NCBI GenBank assembly: GCA_964016885.1
Contig: OZ024744.1
Span: 104,718,001 to 104,782,000 of the forward strand
Direction: 5' to 3'
Length of the DNA stretch: 64,000 bases
Origin: Eledone cirrhosa
Lineage: Eukaryota
A program made the position numbers and the translations under genes. Positions within the stretch are counted from its first letter, which is position 1; each line of letters opens with the position of its first letter. Positions 25,240 to 38,722 of the stretch are shown piece after piece. The notes under the pieces were generated by a model. It did not search any database. It was not told the origin of the DNA and saw nothing but the letters and a program-made list of their open reading frames with translations.

Positions 25240-26000
25240 TCCTATTGACAACTACCTTATAGAGTGTACTAGGTGATCATTTATCATGTAGATCACCAAC
25301 ACTAGGGTAATTTGTCATTTACACAACTGGATGGTCCTCCCGACCCTTTGTGTGGCAAATGTTCTGACTGGATGGTCTTCCTGTTACCAAGTACTTTACT
25401 GAGTGTACTGGGTGTATTTTTTATGGCACAGGCACTAGAGAGGTTGTTGTTGTTGTCAACTGAAGAGCACAGACAAATATAGGATATATGACATGAGTGA
25501 GTGCCAAGGGAGGAGGGATTTGATAGGGTGAGATGTGGTAGATGGGGGAGACCTCTGGCAGTGTGGAAGGGTGAGAAGTGATTTGTGTGGGAAGGAATGT
25601 ATAGTGTTGTGGATGTAGTGATTGTGGAAATAGCTACTATTAGGGGTTGGAGAGATATGTAGATGGGTCGTCACCAACCATTGTCCTCCTTTGTCATCTC
25701 TGTTGTGAAGTTCTACTTCTTAAGATCAGCTCTTACTTTTTCATCCCATGTCTTCCTTGGTCTGCCTTGTCCACAAGTCTCATTCACTAAGATTTCTCTG
25801 CACTTATTTAAACAGCTTCTATCTTCCATACTGTTTACATGTCCATACCAGCACAGTCCTCTTTCTTGTACACTACATCTGATTCCTCTTAAGCCAAGTT
25901 ATCGCATAGTTCACATATGCTACATCATTCATGCACATTAACATTGCACATCCATTGGAGCATACTCTCTTGATTTCTTTCTAATCTTCTCAGATCTTGT
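25240..26000 (-). mobile_element. Old RTE 3' fragment with 3'UTR-type repeat
   Basis: Minus strand WYGHVNSMED..CLNKC..GQGRPRKTWDE remnant at about 25740-25860. Confidence 0.6.
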
Positions 26001-26404
26001 GGAGCTACGGTGCTGGAGGTGAAAGGGAGGTCTTGTCAGAAGTGAGATGCTAGTGACATAACGTCAGCAATTTGTGGGGGGTCTTGTGCACCCTCTTTGG
26101 TCAGGAAGCTGTATAGCGATTATTTGTATGGTCGAAGTGGTGAGTTGATTGTGTTGTTGTGTTGATTCGTTTGTTGTGTGTGTGTGTGTGTGCTCACTTG
26201 TAGCTTACTGTGTGGTGTGGTCACTGTTGTGTGATACAGTGTGACCAGAGGTTGCATGTGTGCAGTAAGTGTTCAATAAGATGATGATGATATGATAGTT
26301 CCTTGATCACACAGAAAATGAATATATATATAAATGAACCACGATGACACCAAACCGCTATATTATTAATTTATTGAAAATAACTCACGCCGGAGTTATA
26401 CTAA

Positions 26405-26588
26405 TAATAGTTTCTTATATAGGCACAAGGCCAGTAATTTTGGGGGAGGGGACAATCGATTAAATCAACCCAGTGCATGACTGGTACTTTATTTTATCGA
26501 CCCCTGTAAGGATGAAAGGCAAAGTTAACCTCAGTGGGATTTGAACTCAGATCATAAAGGGCCGACTCTCTACCGATACTGCCTATCC
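26405..26588 (-). mobile_element. OK-like SINE, internally deleted
   Basis: Inverted central domain and head. Confidence 0.75.
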
Positions 26589-26699
26589 AAAAATACACAG
26601 GGATTATGTACGTTATTTGTTTGTTTGTAAAAGTAGAATTAAATTGTATTTGCCAAGAAAACTTCATGAACTTCACTGGCTTGGTTGAGAGAGAGACAA

Positions 26700-27700
26700 A
26701 GAGATAGAGATTGCGTGAAAGAGAGAGAGAGTAAGAGTCTGTAAGACCTCAAGAGGTCTGTAGAAAGCAATAGTCTACATGTTTACTCTATCAAGAACTG
26801 CTTCAAACTGATTGTCACTTGATCTAAGACAGGCTATTTATATCTGTCGCTTCCTCTGTCCCCTGGTCGTCCACTCCCAGACTTGTTTACGCCCGAAAGG
26901 AGATAACCCAGAAAATGACCGTTAAATGTCACCCAGGGGTTAAGGTGTGGACAGATTTTGCTACAGCTGTACCACAAAGACATGAATGTTCATGAGTGTA
27001 TGAGACTTGCTATAATCTTTGGTGGCCCCAGACGTAAAACAGATGATCATCTGTGCAGGGAGATTCAGTTCAGACTGAAGTGGAGAAGCAAAGGTAGGTC
27101 TCTTTGCTTCCTACAACAAGCTATTTTCAGCACCATTTTTAAAAATTATTATTTACTTTCTCTGATTTCACAAAAGATATGACGATGAAAATAAGAATAG
27201 GTAGCGATGCAGTCAAAGCGTTCACCTGGATTAGAAAGAGGAAATTGGTCACCACACTGCAAGGCATTGAAATGCGGCTGACCTCCTTGCACTGTATCTC
27301 AATGGCAACGTACTAGCATTAGACTTCAAAATGGATGAATCAAACCAACTAAAAGTGGAGAAGATAGAACAACATCTTCAGGAAACATTCACTGAGGGAC
27401 CTTTTGCTGCTTTCACCAAGCCAGGCCAAGTGAGAGACGTATTTGCAGCAGAAATACAACGGTTGGCAACATTAGCGGAATTCACAGCAGAGAATCGCAA
27501 AAGGGCCATATGGATGGCGTTCATGAATGGTTTCCCCAACAAAATTTTGATGAGGCTCCAATAGCTGCCTGGCAACAACAAAATGGCCATGAGCAAGCTA
27601 ATCAGACAGGTCTGGACCAGACACAAGGCGTTGAGTGGAATGTTGCTGTATTAGCAGTGATGGAGGCCCATAGCAGTTGACAGTGATTAACAAAAGATGA
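26700..27700 (+). mobile_element. Gypsy-like LTR retrotransposon 5' relic (possible LTR, PBS and decayed gag)
   Basis: TGGTGGCCCCAG PBS-like site at about 27020; gag-like text LALYLNG.VLA...MDESNQ..EKIEQHLQETF...DVFAAEIQRLATLA..AFMNGFP. Confidence 0.55.
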
Positions 27701-30375
27701 GGGGAAAAGAGCCCCCATAGATGCTTGGCCACAGGTGTTCGGCACCATAGGAGGGCTTTTGCTGTCTGGAAATGTAACAATGCCTTTCCTGATATCCCTT
27801 TTTACTTTCTCGCATGCGATTTGAGATGCTTCAAAAGCAACTTTCCCCTCATGTACAGTCCTTCTCTATTTATTAGGATCAGCAGCTATGCTTTCCCACG
27901 TATCAGCAAAGATGTTACCATCTTTCAAGGAGGCTTTCAACGAATTGTTATACCTCTTTTTTGGTTTATGTGGAGGTCGACAAACTGATCAACCACTCCA
28001 AGTCGTTTACCATACACATAGATATTTGGTTCACTGTACTGCTTACCAGGGGCAGGTTGGTACATGGTGATGGTTTTCTTGAGACTGACAGTCAATCCTA
28101 GGGCAGTGCAAGCATCAGAAAATGCATTCAAAATGTGTTGTATATCAAGCTCTGTGTGCGCTACAAGATCGCAATCATCTGTATACAAAAGGTATTTTAT
28201 GATAGAGGTAAATACTTTTGTTTTGGCAGCAAAGCACCTGATGTTAAATATGTTGCCAGAAGTTCAATAGTAGGTATGAACACTATACTTGCAATTCCTG
28301 AATGCAACATAGAAAACCATCACTAAGTATATGGCATATCCCCCCATTCACTCCATTTTTCACTGAGATAGGCTCTGACATTAACCCATGCCTTCATGTC
28401 ATCATGGAAAGACCTAACTAAAGCAAGGCACTTATCAGGCCAACCAAGTTTCTGGAGAACCTTCCTCAATGCACTCAATGCATTTATGTTAACAGTATTG
28501 AAAGCTTTTTTCAGATCGACAAAAACCTGATACAGATCCAAACCTTGTTCCACGCACTTCTCCTGAAACTGTCTAGCTGAGAAGATCATATCAGTAGTGC
28601 CGCGTCCAGCACAAAAACCAGATTAACTTTCAGGAAGAACACAATCTGCAATGTGTGTCAGCAGATGGTCCAGAAGTACCCTACATAAAATTTTTCCTAC
28701 AACACCCTATAGTTTCCACAATCATTCCTGTTACCCTTTCGCTTGTACAAGACTACCATTACTACATCTCACCAGTCCTCAGGTATGGATTCACTATCCT
28801 GCCAAACAAAGAGTGAAGATGTTGCAGAAGTTTCTCACCACCATATTGTAAGAGCGCTGCATGTATGCCATCCATACCTAGAGACCATCGTCTGTTCAGC
28901 TTCAAGACACCTACTGCAACCTCCTCTAACATTGGTAGTTCTGTGAGAGCCACTTTCACAGGTTTTTCAGGGATGAGATTGAGGAAATCTTCTTTGACAA
29001 TAGACGGCTGATTCAAAAGTTCATTAAAGTGCTCTCGCATTAAAGTGCTCTTGCAGAGTTCCTTGTGAGTCACAAAGAAGCACCTTGCCATCCCTGCTGT
29101 GAAGCAGTGACACCAGAGAAGAAGACGGTCCATAAACTTCATGCAAGAGACTGTACAACAGCTTTGTGTTATTGGAATCTGATGCAGCTTGTTTCCCATC
29201 AGCCTTCTCACTCCACCACGTATCCTTCATCTGAGACAGACTCCGCCTCACACGTGATTTCATATCCTTGAGTTCTTTATGCAACATATTCTTCTCCTGT
29301 GGTTTCACTGCCAAGTAGCGTGACAGAGCACGCCTCTTATCAGCCAACAAGTCTTCTATATGTTCATCATTTTCTTTAAACCAGTCTTGATGCTTTCTTT
29401 GCACCAATCCCAGAACATGCCTGCCTACATCATAAACCAACTTTTTAAGGGTCAGCCAATCCTCACCAATATCTGCAACATGCATCTCTTCTCGCAATGT
29501 TCTCTTCACACTATTATCTCTAAGACGAGCAGCATTCAGTCTTCGAAGCAGGGTAACACCAGGAGCCTGGATTTTACATTTTGTAATTAATTTCACTTTT
29601 GAATGTGCTAGGCAGTGGTCTGTCCAACACTCAGCCCAACGAAGAACACGAACACACTTCCCATCCTGTCTGTCACACATCCTGACTAGGATGTAGTCCA
29701 GAAGATGCCATTCTTTAGATTCAGGGTGCATCCATGTGGTCTTAAACTTATTCTTTTGCTGAAGCATGGTGTTGGTAACACACAGATCCAGCTCCTCACA
29801 CATCTGCAGCAGAAGCATACTATTGTTGTTACACTTTCCCACCCCATGCCTTCCGATTACAGTCCATGTGCTAAAATCCCTACCCACTCTAGCATTAAAG
29901 TCACCAAGCATGATGACTTTGTCTGCCTGAGGGATATTTTTTAAAACACCTTTCAAAGCATGGTAGAAAGATTTTTTTCCTCATCAACAAAATTCATAGT
30001 TGGAGCATACACACTCAGCAGGGTTGCATATCTTCATTTGTCCAACGGAATTCTCATGGACATAAGATGTTCACTAATCCCCACTGGGAATTCTTCCAAC
30101 TTATCCACAAGAGCAGTCCTAACAGCAAATGCTATTCCAGCCTCTCTTCTAATCCCTTCCAAAAGAATGGATATTTTCCACAAAATTTTGTAAGATGACC
30201 ATCTCCAGCTAACCTCATCTCAGATAAAGCCATGATGTCCAGATCATAATGATGAAGCTTGCTCGCAACAAGAGCGGTCCTTCATTCAGGACGTTCTGAG
30301 GAATCACTGTCAAACAGTGTCCGTACATTCCAACAGTCAATATTCATTGTTTTGTTTGGTTCTATCACAGTGGCA
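27700..30375 (-). mobile_element. RTE (BovB-like) LINE, APE endonuclease plus RT, decayed
   Basis: WNVRTL near 30330; LGDFNARVG and WHLLDYILVR in ORF 29024-29956; MIFSARQFQEKC..FVDLKKAF; YTDD. Confidence 0.9.
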
Positions 30376-30389
30376 CAATGACGGTTGGG

Positions 30390-33310
30390 TCCAGGCTGTG
30401 ATGTCCCAGGAAAAAGTTAAAAGAAACAACAGCTAAGGTAAACAAAGTCATCTCATACCTTGAGGTGAGGAGCCTTCACCAGTGCAACAATATCCTCAAA
30501 GCAACAGCAAATGCGGTGAGGAAATTACTTAGTATAAAAGCGAGAGGAAACAACAAACAAGAAAGATCAGAGCCTTGGTGGAAGAAACGACTGAATGGTC
30601 AAATCAGTGAAATGAGAAATGACATTGGAAAGCTTGAGTCCCTACTGAATGGGACACTAAAAAACATAGGCACTAAAAATAGACTGGAAATAAAGTACAA
30701 AACTAGGAGGAAAAAGCTAAATATTACCATAGAGGAACTGAAGCAACGCATTGTAGCAAAGAGTGCAAAAATTAGGCGATACGAGAGCAGAGTCAGTCAG
30801 TATAGACAGAACCGCATGTTTGACAACAACCAGAAGATGCTGTTTGGACAGCTTGAAGGGAAAGAAAGAGGCAACGACTTGTTCCCTGAGGTGGAACAAA
30901 CTAAAACATTCTGGAGAGGAATATGGGAGCAGGATGTTAAACATAATGACCAGGCAGTGTGGATTGAGACAGTACAAAAAGAGATTAGTGAACAGGGACA
31001 CCAACAAACTGATTTGAGTATCACAGCTGAAACTCTTAAGGGGCAGGCCAAAAAACTAACCAACTGGAAATCACCAGGCCCAGATGGTGTGCAGGGGTAT
31101 TGGATTAAAAATATAACATCCCTCCACCCGAAAATGACAACCATGTTCAATGACTGCTTGATGTCAGGTGAGGTACCAGAGTGGTTGACAAAAGGTACCC
31201 CAGTTCTGGTAATGAAAGACCGAATCAAGGGTAATAATGTTACCAACTATAGACCTATCACATGTCTGTCCGTAATGTGGAAACTGTTGACAAGCATTAT
31301 GTCTGAGGAAATCTACCATCACCTCCACACAAACAACTTGTTACCGGACGAACAGAAAGGATGCCGAAAGCAGTCCCGTGGTACAAAGGACCAGTTACTT
31401 ATTGATAAGATGGTAATGAGGAATTGCAAGAGGAGACACACTGGTCTTGCCATGGGATGGATAGACTACAAAAAGGCATTTGACATGGTGCCTCATTCTT
31501 GGATCACCAAAAGCCTAGAGATCTTCAAGGTGGCAGATAACATCAGACAGTTGTTGGGCAAAAGTATGAAGTCCTGGGAAACAGTTAACATCAGCTGGAG
31601 AATCCTTGGGAGGCGTGAAGATCAAGAGAGGTATCTTCCAGGGAGATAGTCTGTCCCCTCTGTTGTTTGTCCTTGCCCTGATGCCCCTGACCATTATACT
31701 GCGCGAAAAGTGAGAGCAGGATACAAGTTGGGAAAGGGAGAGCTTACCATCAATCACCTCCTCTTCATGGACGATCTTAAGCTCTTCGGGAAGAGTGAGA
31801 AGGAGTTGGATGTGCTTGTTGACACTGTCCGTATTTTCAGCAATGATATATGTATGCAATTTGGTATTAGTAAGTGTGGAGTCCTTGTGATGAAGAGGGG
31901 TAAATTGAGCAGAAGCAACGGAATCCAGGTACCAACAGGTGAGATGATAAAGGAAATTGACACTGAAGAAGGATACAAATATTTAGGTGTTCTGGAGGCA
32001 GATGACATCAAGAACAAAAAAATGAAGGAATTGATAAGATCTGAATACATTCGGAGAGTAAGGAGCGTATTAAAGTCAAATCTGAACAGTAGAAATGCCA
32101 TAAGCGCAGTAAATTCCTGAGCTGTGTCTATTATTAGGTACAGTGCGGGAATTCTGAGATGAAATATTGCTGAACAAAAAGAAATGGATAGGAAGACTAG
32201 GAAGCTATTGACTATCTATAACATGTTCCACAAGAGGAGTGATGTCGATAGACTCTACTTAAGGAGATCTGAAGGTGGAAGAGGTCTTATCAGCATAGAG
32301 GACTGTGTTCAGATGGAGAAAAACAACCTACACAAATACGTGACTGATAGTAGGGAGCCAACGCTCAGAGTTGTACTGAAGGAGGGGACAATAGACCAGG
32401 AGATGTCCAAGGAGGAAATAACAACAAGGAGAAAGAGCAACCTTCATGAACAATCCCTTCATAGTACCTTCTTTGAGAAAACTGAATTCAGAGATCCACA
32501 GACATGGAACTGGTTGAAAAGAGGAGACCTTAAAAAGACTACAGAAGGAATGTTAATGGCTGCGCAAGAGCAGGCCCTCAAAACGAAGTGGGTGAAACAC
32601 CATATTTACAAAGAGGAGGCTAGCCCACTGTGCAGGGTCTGTGGAGAGAGAGAGGAGACTGTGGCTCACATTGTATCCGAGTGTAAACACCTAGCCCAGA
32701 CTCACTAGAAAGGCTGGAGACATGATGTGATGGCATCTATGCAAAGTAAACAATTTACCACATTCTGAGAAGTGGTATGAGCATAAGCCAGAGTCGGTGA
32801 TAGAAAACGATCAGGTGAAGGTGCTGGGGATTTTAGGATACAGATGGACAAGAAACAAGAAACTGGAACACAATAGACCTGACCTGGTGGTTTGGGACAA
32901 GGAAAAAAGATCGTGCCTGATTGTGGATGTGGCCTGCCCATTCGACACGAGAGTGCAAGAGAAGGAGAGGGAGAAAATTAACCGATACCAGGACTTAAAG
33001 TGGGAGGTAAAAAGGATTTGGAACTGCCATGAACTGCCGATTGTCATAGGCGCACTAGGTACTATCTCAAAGAGTTTCCAAGGATGGTTAAAGAAAATTG
33101 GTCCCGCCCCGCTTTTTGGAACGCTTCAAAATGCATGCTTGCTGGGAACAGCAAGAACCCTCCGATACGTCCTGAGTATCTGAGGCTGCTGGTAGTGGCT
33201 TGATATTCATTTCAACAAACTTTCCAGTTAACTAACATCAATGACTGGGACTCAAAGAACAATAATAATAATAATAATAATAATAACAATATCAATAATA
33301 ATAATAATGA
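30390..33310 (+). mobile_element. R4/Dong-clade non-LTR retrotransposon (RT, CCHC knuckle, restriction-like endonuclease), 5'-truncated
   Basis: NWKSPGPDG, NYRPITCL, WIDYKKAFD, GIFQGD, LFMDD, CRVCGEREETVAHIVSEC, HNRPDLVV..IVDVACP..KINRYQDL; (AAT)n tail; several stops and frameshifts. Confidence 0.92.
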
Positions 33311-34990
33311 TTTCTTTATTGGCCACAAGGGCTGACATCAAGAAAAACATTACAGACGTCACAGGACGATCCGATGTGGGTTTTGTGCGTGTAAATATTT
33401 TTATTATTTATATAAGACAAGAACAAAAAAGGACATAGAAACATATATATATAAACAATAAAAAGGAAAATTGAAACAATTAAAAATTCCCTAATAGGGG
33501 GGAAACCTCTGAGGGTTACTCGTGGCGAAAACCACACAAAAGACCACGGCCACCCTGACCACCAAGGCAAGCGCCCTCTCTCAATTTTTCCATTCCTCAA
33601 ACTACAAGCGTATATTTAGAGCGGTCCCGTTCACTCGGACCATTCTCGCTACATTCACCCACCTTTCAACAAACTTGCTAGAAAGCAGCACTTGCCTCTC
33701 CACCCTGATTTTCCTCTTCAAGTGAAACTTGAAAAAGTTAATTAGGGATTCGCCGAAGAGGAAAGTATCTGTCTTTAACTCTTTCAACCTTGTCCACCAC
33801 ACAATCTCTTTCGCCATGGCCACCAAGCAGATGAAAACCGCCTGCCCTTCCTCCTCGAAGGAAGACGCGGCGAGACCATCTGCACAATGGACTCAGTCGA
33901 CAACCGGATCAGTCCCACACGCGACAGCAACTGTTCGACATAGCTCCACAAGTCAGCAATGCTCGGGCACTGAACGAGTACGTGCACGACAGTTTCATCG
34001 CTCTGCACGCATCTCGGACAGGCTCGGTTGACGGCACTTCCATGCCTGTGGAGCTTATCTCGAACAGGCAACGCTCCCTAGTAGCACTGCCAGGCCAGGG
34101 ATTTTTGGATGTTATCCATAGGCCCCGGGCTGAAAGTTCTCCGGAAGAGAGCAAACAGCTGATCTTCTTCGACGCCCAGGATCTCTCCGAGAACGTTGTC
34201 GCTCTTCCCCTCCACTAGTCCTCTATAGAACACCGAGGTGGATGTTCCACCGATACTGGTGTCCAGCTGGCAGAGGGCAGTGAGCACCTGGAGACATTCC
34301 AGTTTCCAAGCGCTATCCCTCGGTCTTTTCCTGACCCAGGACTGCAGCTCCGTCAAGGAGACGAGCTGTGGGAAAATGTGCCTGGCGAACGGCGACCACA
34401 CCTGTTCACCTTCAAGGAAGCACCAGAGATGTCGCAGCCTCAGCGCATGTTTGCGCATATTCAGCCATGGCATGCCCAGTCCTCCACGCAATGGGTGTTG
34501 ACAGCAGATGGATCGTCTGACCATGAGAGCGTGTCCCTTCCACAAAAAGCGGAAGAGGAGGCGCTCCATTTTGGTGAGACTTGGGCCGGGGCAAGGGACG
34601 ACAGTGAGGTGGTAGCAGATGACGAATGCAATGTACGCATTCGCCACTTCCACCCGGCCCTTCAGGGACAGCTTCCTCTCGGCCCAGTTCTGGGTGAGGG
34701 AGGCCACCTTGCTCGACACCTCGCTCCAGTTTTTCTCCATCTGGAGGTCCGGTCCGAACCAGACCCCAAGCAATTTAACCGGTCCGTCCATCCAAAACCC
34801 CACGTCGCTGTCGGACGGCATGGACTTGCCTCTCCAGGTGCCGAGTTGCAAGCCCACTGACTTTTCCTGGTTTACCTTTGCTCCTGTCACTGGTTCGTAT
34901 TCCTTGAGAGCGGTGCCGAGCATCTGGACGTGTCTGGTGCCTGACAGCACCACGGTGAAGTCGTCGGCGTAAGCCAACTCGGATTTCCCA
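33311..34990 (-). mobile_element. Tx1/L1-clade LINE, 5'-truncated at RT
   Basis: AYADD, GAKVNQEKS, VKLLGVWF, LSLKGRV, GGLGMP, CPRCVQSDETVVHVLVQCP; 3' end CCCTTGTGGCCAATAAAGAAAT. Confidence 0.88.
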
Positions 34991-35130
34991 TAATAAAATA
35001 AGTAAATAAAAATACAGACATACATGCAACCAATCCCACACATACCTAGATATATACAAATCTACACCCACACAGTATATACATATATACACATTGTTGG
35101 ATGGCTGTTGACTCTCGTGAGTCCTTCCGC

Positions 35131-35383
35131 CCATACATACATACATACATACACACACACACATACATACATACACACACATACACACATACATACATAC
35201 ATACACACACACATACATACACACACATACATACATACATGCATACACACACACATACATACACACACATACATACATACATACATACATGCATACACAC
35301 ACACATACATACATACATACATACACACACACACATACATACATACATACATACATACACATATACATAGATACATACATACA
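35131..35383. repeat. (CATA)n/(CA)n microsatellite
   Basis: Direct reading; further tracts at 36755-36967, 37676-37694 and 38289-38344. Confidence 0.95.
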
Positions 35384-36754
35384 CGAAATCCGAGCAGTTG
35401 ATGTTGGAACTCGAAAAATACTGAACAACACCGGAAACTTCCACATCAACAGTGACATAGACCATCACTACTTGAAACGTAAGCAGGGAGGCAGAGGCCT
35501 AATATCAGTCCAGACAGCATTTGAATGTCGCATCATATCTCTCCGACAACATCTACGAACCTCGAAGCGTAGGAGCCCGCTTCTCGAGCAAGTCTATCTG
35601 CATGAAACAGATAAGAACATGACAGTTGGGAAGGAACTCCTCAAGAGATATTCCCTGTGTGATAATCAAAAACTCACACCCAGGGATGTCGCTCAGCAGT
35701 ATCGCAGAGAATCCATGGTTGAAAAACTGCATGCCTATCAGCAAAAAATCATGCATGGATAAGTTGCCAGGAAGCTCCAGAGTCAGAGTAATATAGATAA
35801 GGAAAGTAGTCTATCTTGGGCCAACATCCGCTATATTGGCTCCCATTTTGAAGGATACGCTTTTGCAATCCAGGAACAGGAGATTAGCACAAAATACCTG
35901 ATTCACAAAAGAGATAACGATGCAGGCAAAACACCTAGATGTGATAACAAGTGCAGACTCTGCAGAACTAACATCGAGGATATCACCCATGTCATCAGCA
36001 GCTATCCAAAGATGTCATCGCGGTACTATCTACCTATGAGGCATGATGTAGTGGCCAAAACACTGTACAATGCAGTTCGTAAAAAAAAGATAGCCCCGAT
36101 AATAAACACATTAAAAGCTACAACAATGTGGAAGACATCCATGTACATAATATGAAAGAGTACTGGTGGAATGTTCCAGTAAAAACCCCAATAAAATGCA
36201 GGCATAACAGACCAGATATTATGATATGGGACAGGGAGAAGAAAACATGCACAGTAGTGGAAATTAGCTGCCCAGCAGATGCCAATATAATATCAAAGAT
36301 TAGTGAAAAGGAGAATATTTATGCAGAACTGATGAAAAATCTGCAGATAGTCCACCCTGATTACACCTTCAGATTTATGCCTGTGATTATTGGGGCACTG
36401 GGATATGTTAGTAACTGCCTCAATACAAATCACAGGAACAGAAAGAACACAACTAGTTAGGAAACTACAAGTACAATCCATTAATGGAACAGTAAAAATA
36501 TGTAAAACATTCCAAAAATGTTCCATCTAATAACTGCATATACACATGTACAGATACAAAGCATATACACATGCACACATACAACTCAAAACATCCACAT
36601 CCACACATACAATAACATCCATATCTACACATGCATACATACATATCTACCTAGTTGATGTTGTGTAAATTCCAATGAGAGAGTTTTGTGTCTATGTTAG
36701 AAACCGACTCTCTCTCTATTGGTAAAACTTTATGAGATTATAAAACCAGAAGAA
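35384..36754 (+). mobile_element. R4-like RLE LINE 3' part embedded in (CATA)n
   Basis: YLKRKQGGRGL, AIQEQEISTK, CRLCRTNIEDITHVIS, RHD, HNRPDIMIWD..VVEISCP, PVIIGALG; the 3'UTR runs straight into (CATA)n. Confidence 0.88.
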
Positions 36755-36967
36755 CATACACACATACACACATACATACATACATACATACATACATACA
36801 TACATACATACATACACATACACACATACATACATACATACATACATACATACATACGTACACACATACATACATACACACATACACACATACATACATA
36901 CACACATACATACATACACACATACATACATACATACATACATACACACATACATACATACATACAT

Positions 36968-37286
36968 AGGACATCTACGGACCATTGATGAGGAGTTTAC
37001 AAATCCAGTATCCAAGATACACCTTTAGCTTCATACCCATCATTATTGGAGCTACGGGTTATATACCAACCCGCTTGGACCAAAGTATGACTGAACTTGG
37101 ATTTGTGGACAAAAAGCGCAGCTCCCTAATTCATAGTCTACAAATGGCTGCGATAGCTGGCACCTTCAAAATTTGCAAAACATTCTTGCGATTCAAGGGA
37201 TGACAATTTCTTTTCTTTTACAACCTTGCCACCAGGAAGGTGACCGGTCAAAACAATATACTCGAAATTAAGAGAAAGAGATAATA
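36968..37286 (+). mobile_element. 3' end of a second R4-like RLE family
   Basis: YPRYTFSFIPIIIGATGYIP...LQMAAIAGTFKICKTFL*, distinct 3'UTR, ends in ACATACAT. Confidence 0.7.
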
Positions 37287-37294
37287 ACATACAT

Positions 37295-37676
37295 GGAGCA
37301 CGGGGGTATGTTAGTAACTGCCTCAATACAAATCTTGAGAAGCTAGGCTTCACAGGAACAGAAAAAACACAACTAGTTAGGAAATTACAAGTACAATCCA
37401 TTAATGAAACAGTAAAAATATGTAAAACATTTCAAAAATTTTGCATCTAATAACTGCATATACACATGTACAGATACAAAGCATATACACATGCACACAT
37501 ACAACTCAAAACATACACATCCACACCATACAGTAACATCCATATCTACACATGCATGCATACATATCTACCTAGTTGATGTTGTGTAAATTCCAATGAG
37601 AGAGTCTTGTGTCTATGTTAGAAACCGACTCTCTCTCTATTGGTAAAACTTTATGAGATTATAAATCCAGAAAAAC
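37295..37676 (+). mobile_element. Another 3' end of the 35384-36754 family
   Basis: Closely similar to about 36393-36754 and carries CTTGAGAAGCTAGGCTT that the first copy lacks; ends in (CATA)n. Confidence 0.85.
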
Positions 37677-37694
37677 ATACATACATACATACAT

Positions 37695-38288
37695 GGTGGC
37701 TGCCAACTCGTTTTCGAGTACGGCCACTACTTTATATCCATGTAGGAGAACCCCTACCGATGCGCTGAACGAGTGTGACTTTTTAGTCCAGCCAGCGACT
37801 TGAAAACTCTGGTACAAACGCTACACTTGTCACAATTATTGACACATAGTGCTGGGCCCATGGTACCATGTGATGACAAGTGCAGAGAGATCTCCAGATA
37901 TAAAGCAATGCCTGTGCCGTGAAGCTTTTATAGTGAGCAAAGGCACTGCACAAAGCCAGTCCCACTCTCTTAACCAAGATGATATTTACCAAAAAGAAGA
38001 ACAAGTCAACATCATTGGATACCATCAGGGTTGCAGGTGTTATATCAGAGTTTAAATTCTCCTAGAATTCTGCCTTGACAAAGGCTAAGGGGTCATCTCT
38101 CCCGGTGATTTTAAGAGCTCCTTTGTCCTTTGACAGGTTTCGTTTTTAGTCCAGTCCGGCAGGATGTCCAAAGTCACCCTCCTCACCAAGAAATCTTGGT
38201 GGGGTTGCCAGTTTAGTCGCCAACGACCCGACCATGAGACAGGTTGTACTGGGATACATGTTACCAGTAGCACCAGCTGGTGACCTGA
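37695..38288 (-). mobile_element. Probable retroelement 5'UTR fragment (RTE-like)
   Basis: Minus-strand motifs GGGTCGTTGGCGACTAAACTGGCAACCCC and GGAGAATTTAAACTCTGA resemble RTE leaders; no ORF. Confidence 0.3.
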
Positions 38289-38418
38289 CATAAATACATA
38301 CATACATACATACATACATACATACATACATACATACATACATAAATTCTGATTGTTTAAATTTACGACTGCAGATTGAAGGATAGTTGCAAAGTATTGA
38401 GAAAAAGAGAAAGATGCA

Positions 38419-38423
<5 letters not shown>

Positions 38424-38449
<26 letters not shown>

Positions 38450-38599
38450 CGATACGAGATAAGAGAGAGGGAGAGAGGTGAGATAAGAGAGAGAGAGAGA
38501 TGAGATAAGAGAGAGAGAGAGAGATGAGATAAGAGAGAGAGAAAGAGATTAGATAAGAGAGAGAAAGAAAGAGAGAGATGAGATAAGAGAGTGAAAGAG

Positions 38600-38693
<94 letters not shown>

Positions 38694-38722
38694 GAGAGAG
38701 AGAGATGAGATTTAACAGAGAG
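38424..38722. repeat. (GA)n with GAGATAA interruptions
   Basis: Direct reading; similar tract at 42984-43302. Confidence 0.95.

Noticed and set aside
38195-38288. HDV-like ribozyme at the RTE-like leader
   Set aside because: Some short helices can be drawn, but the P1/P1.1 order and L3 sequence do not fit the canonical fold.
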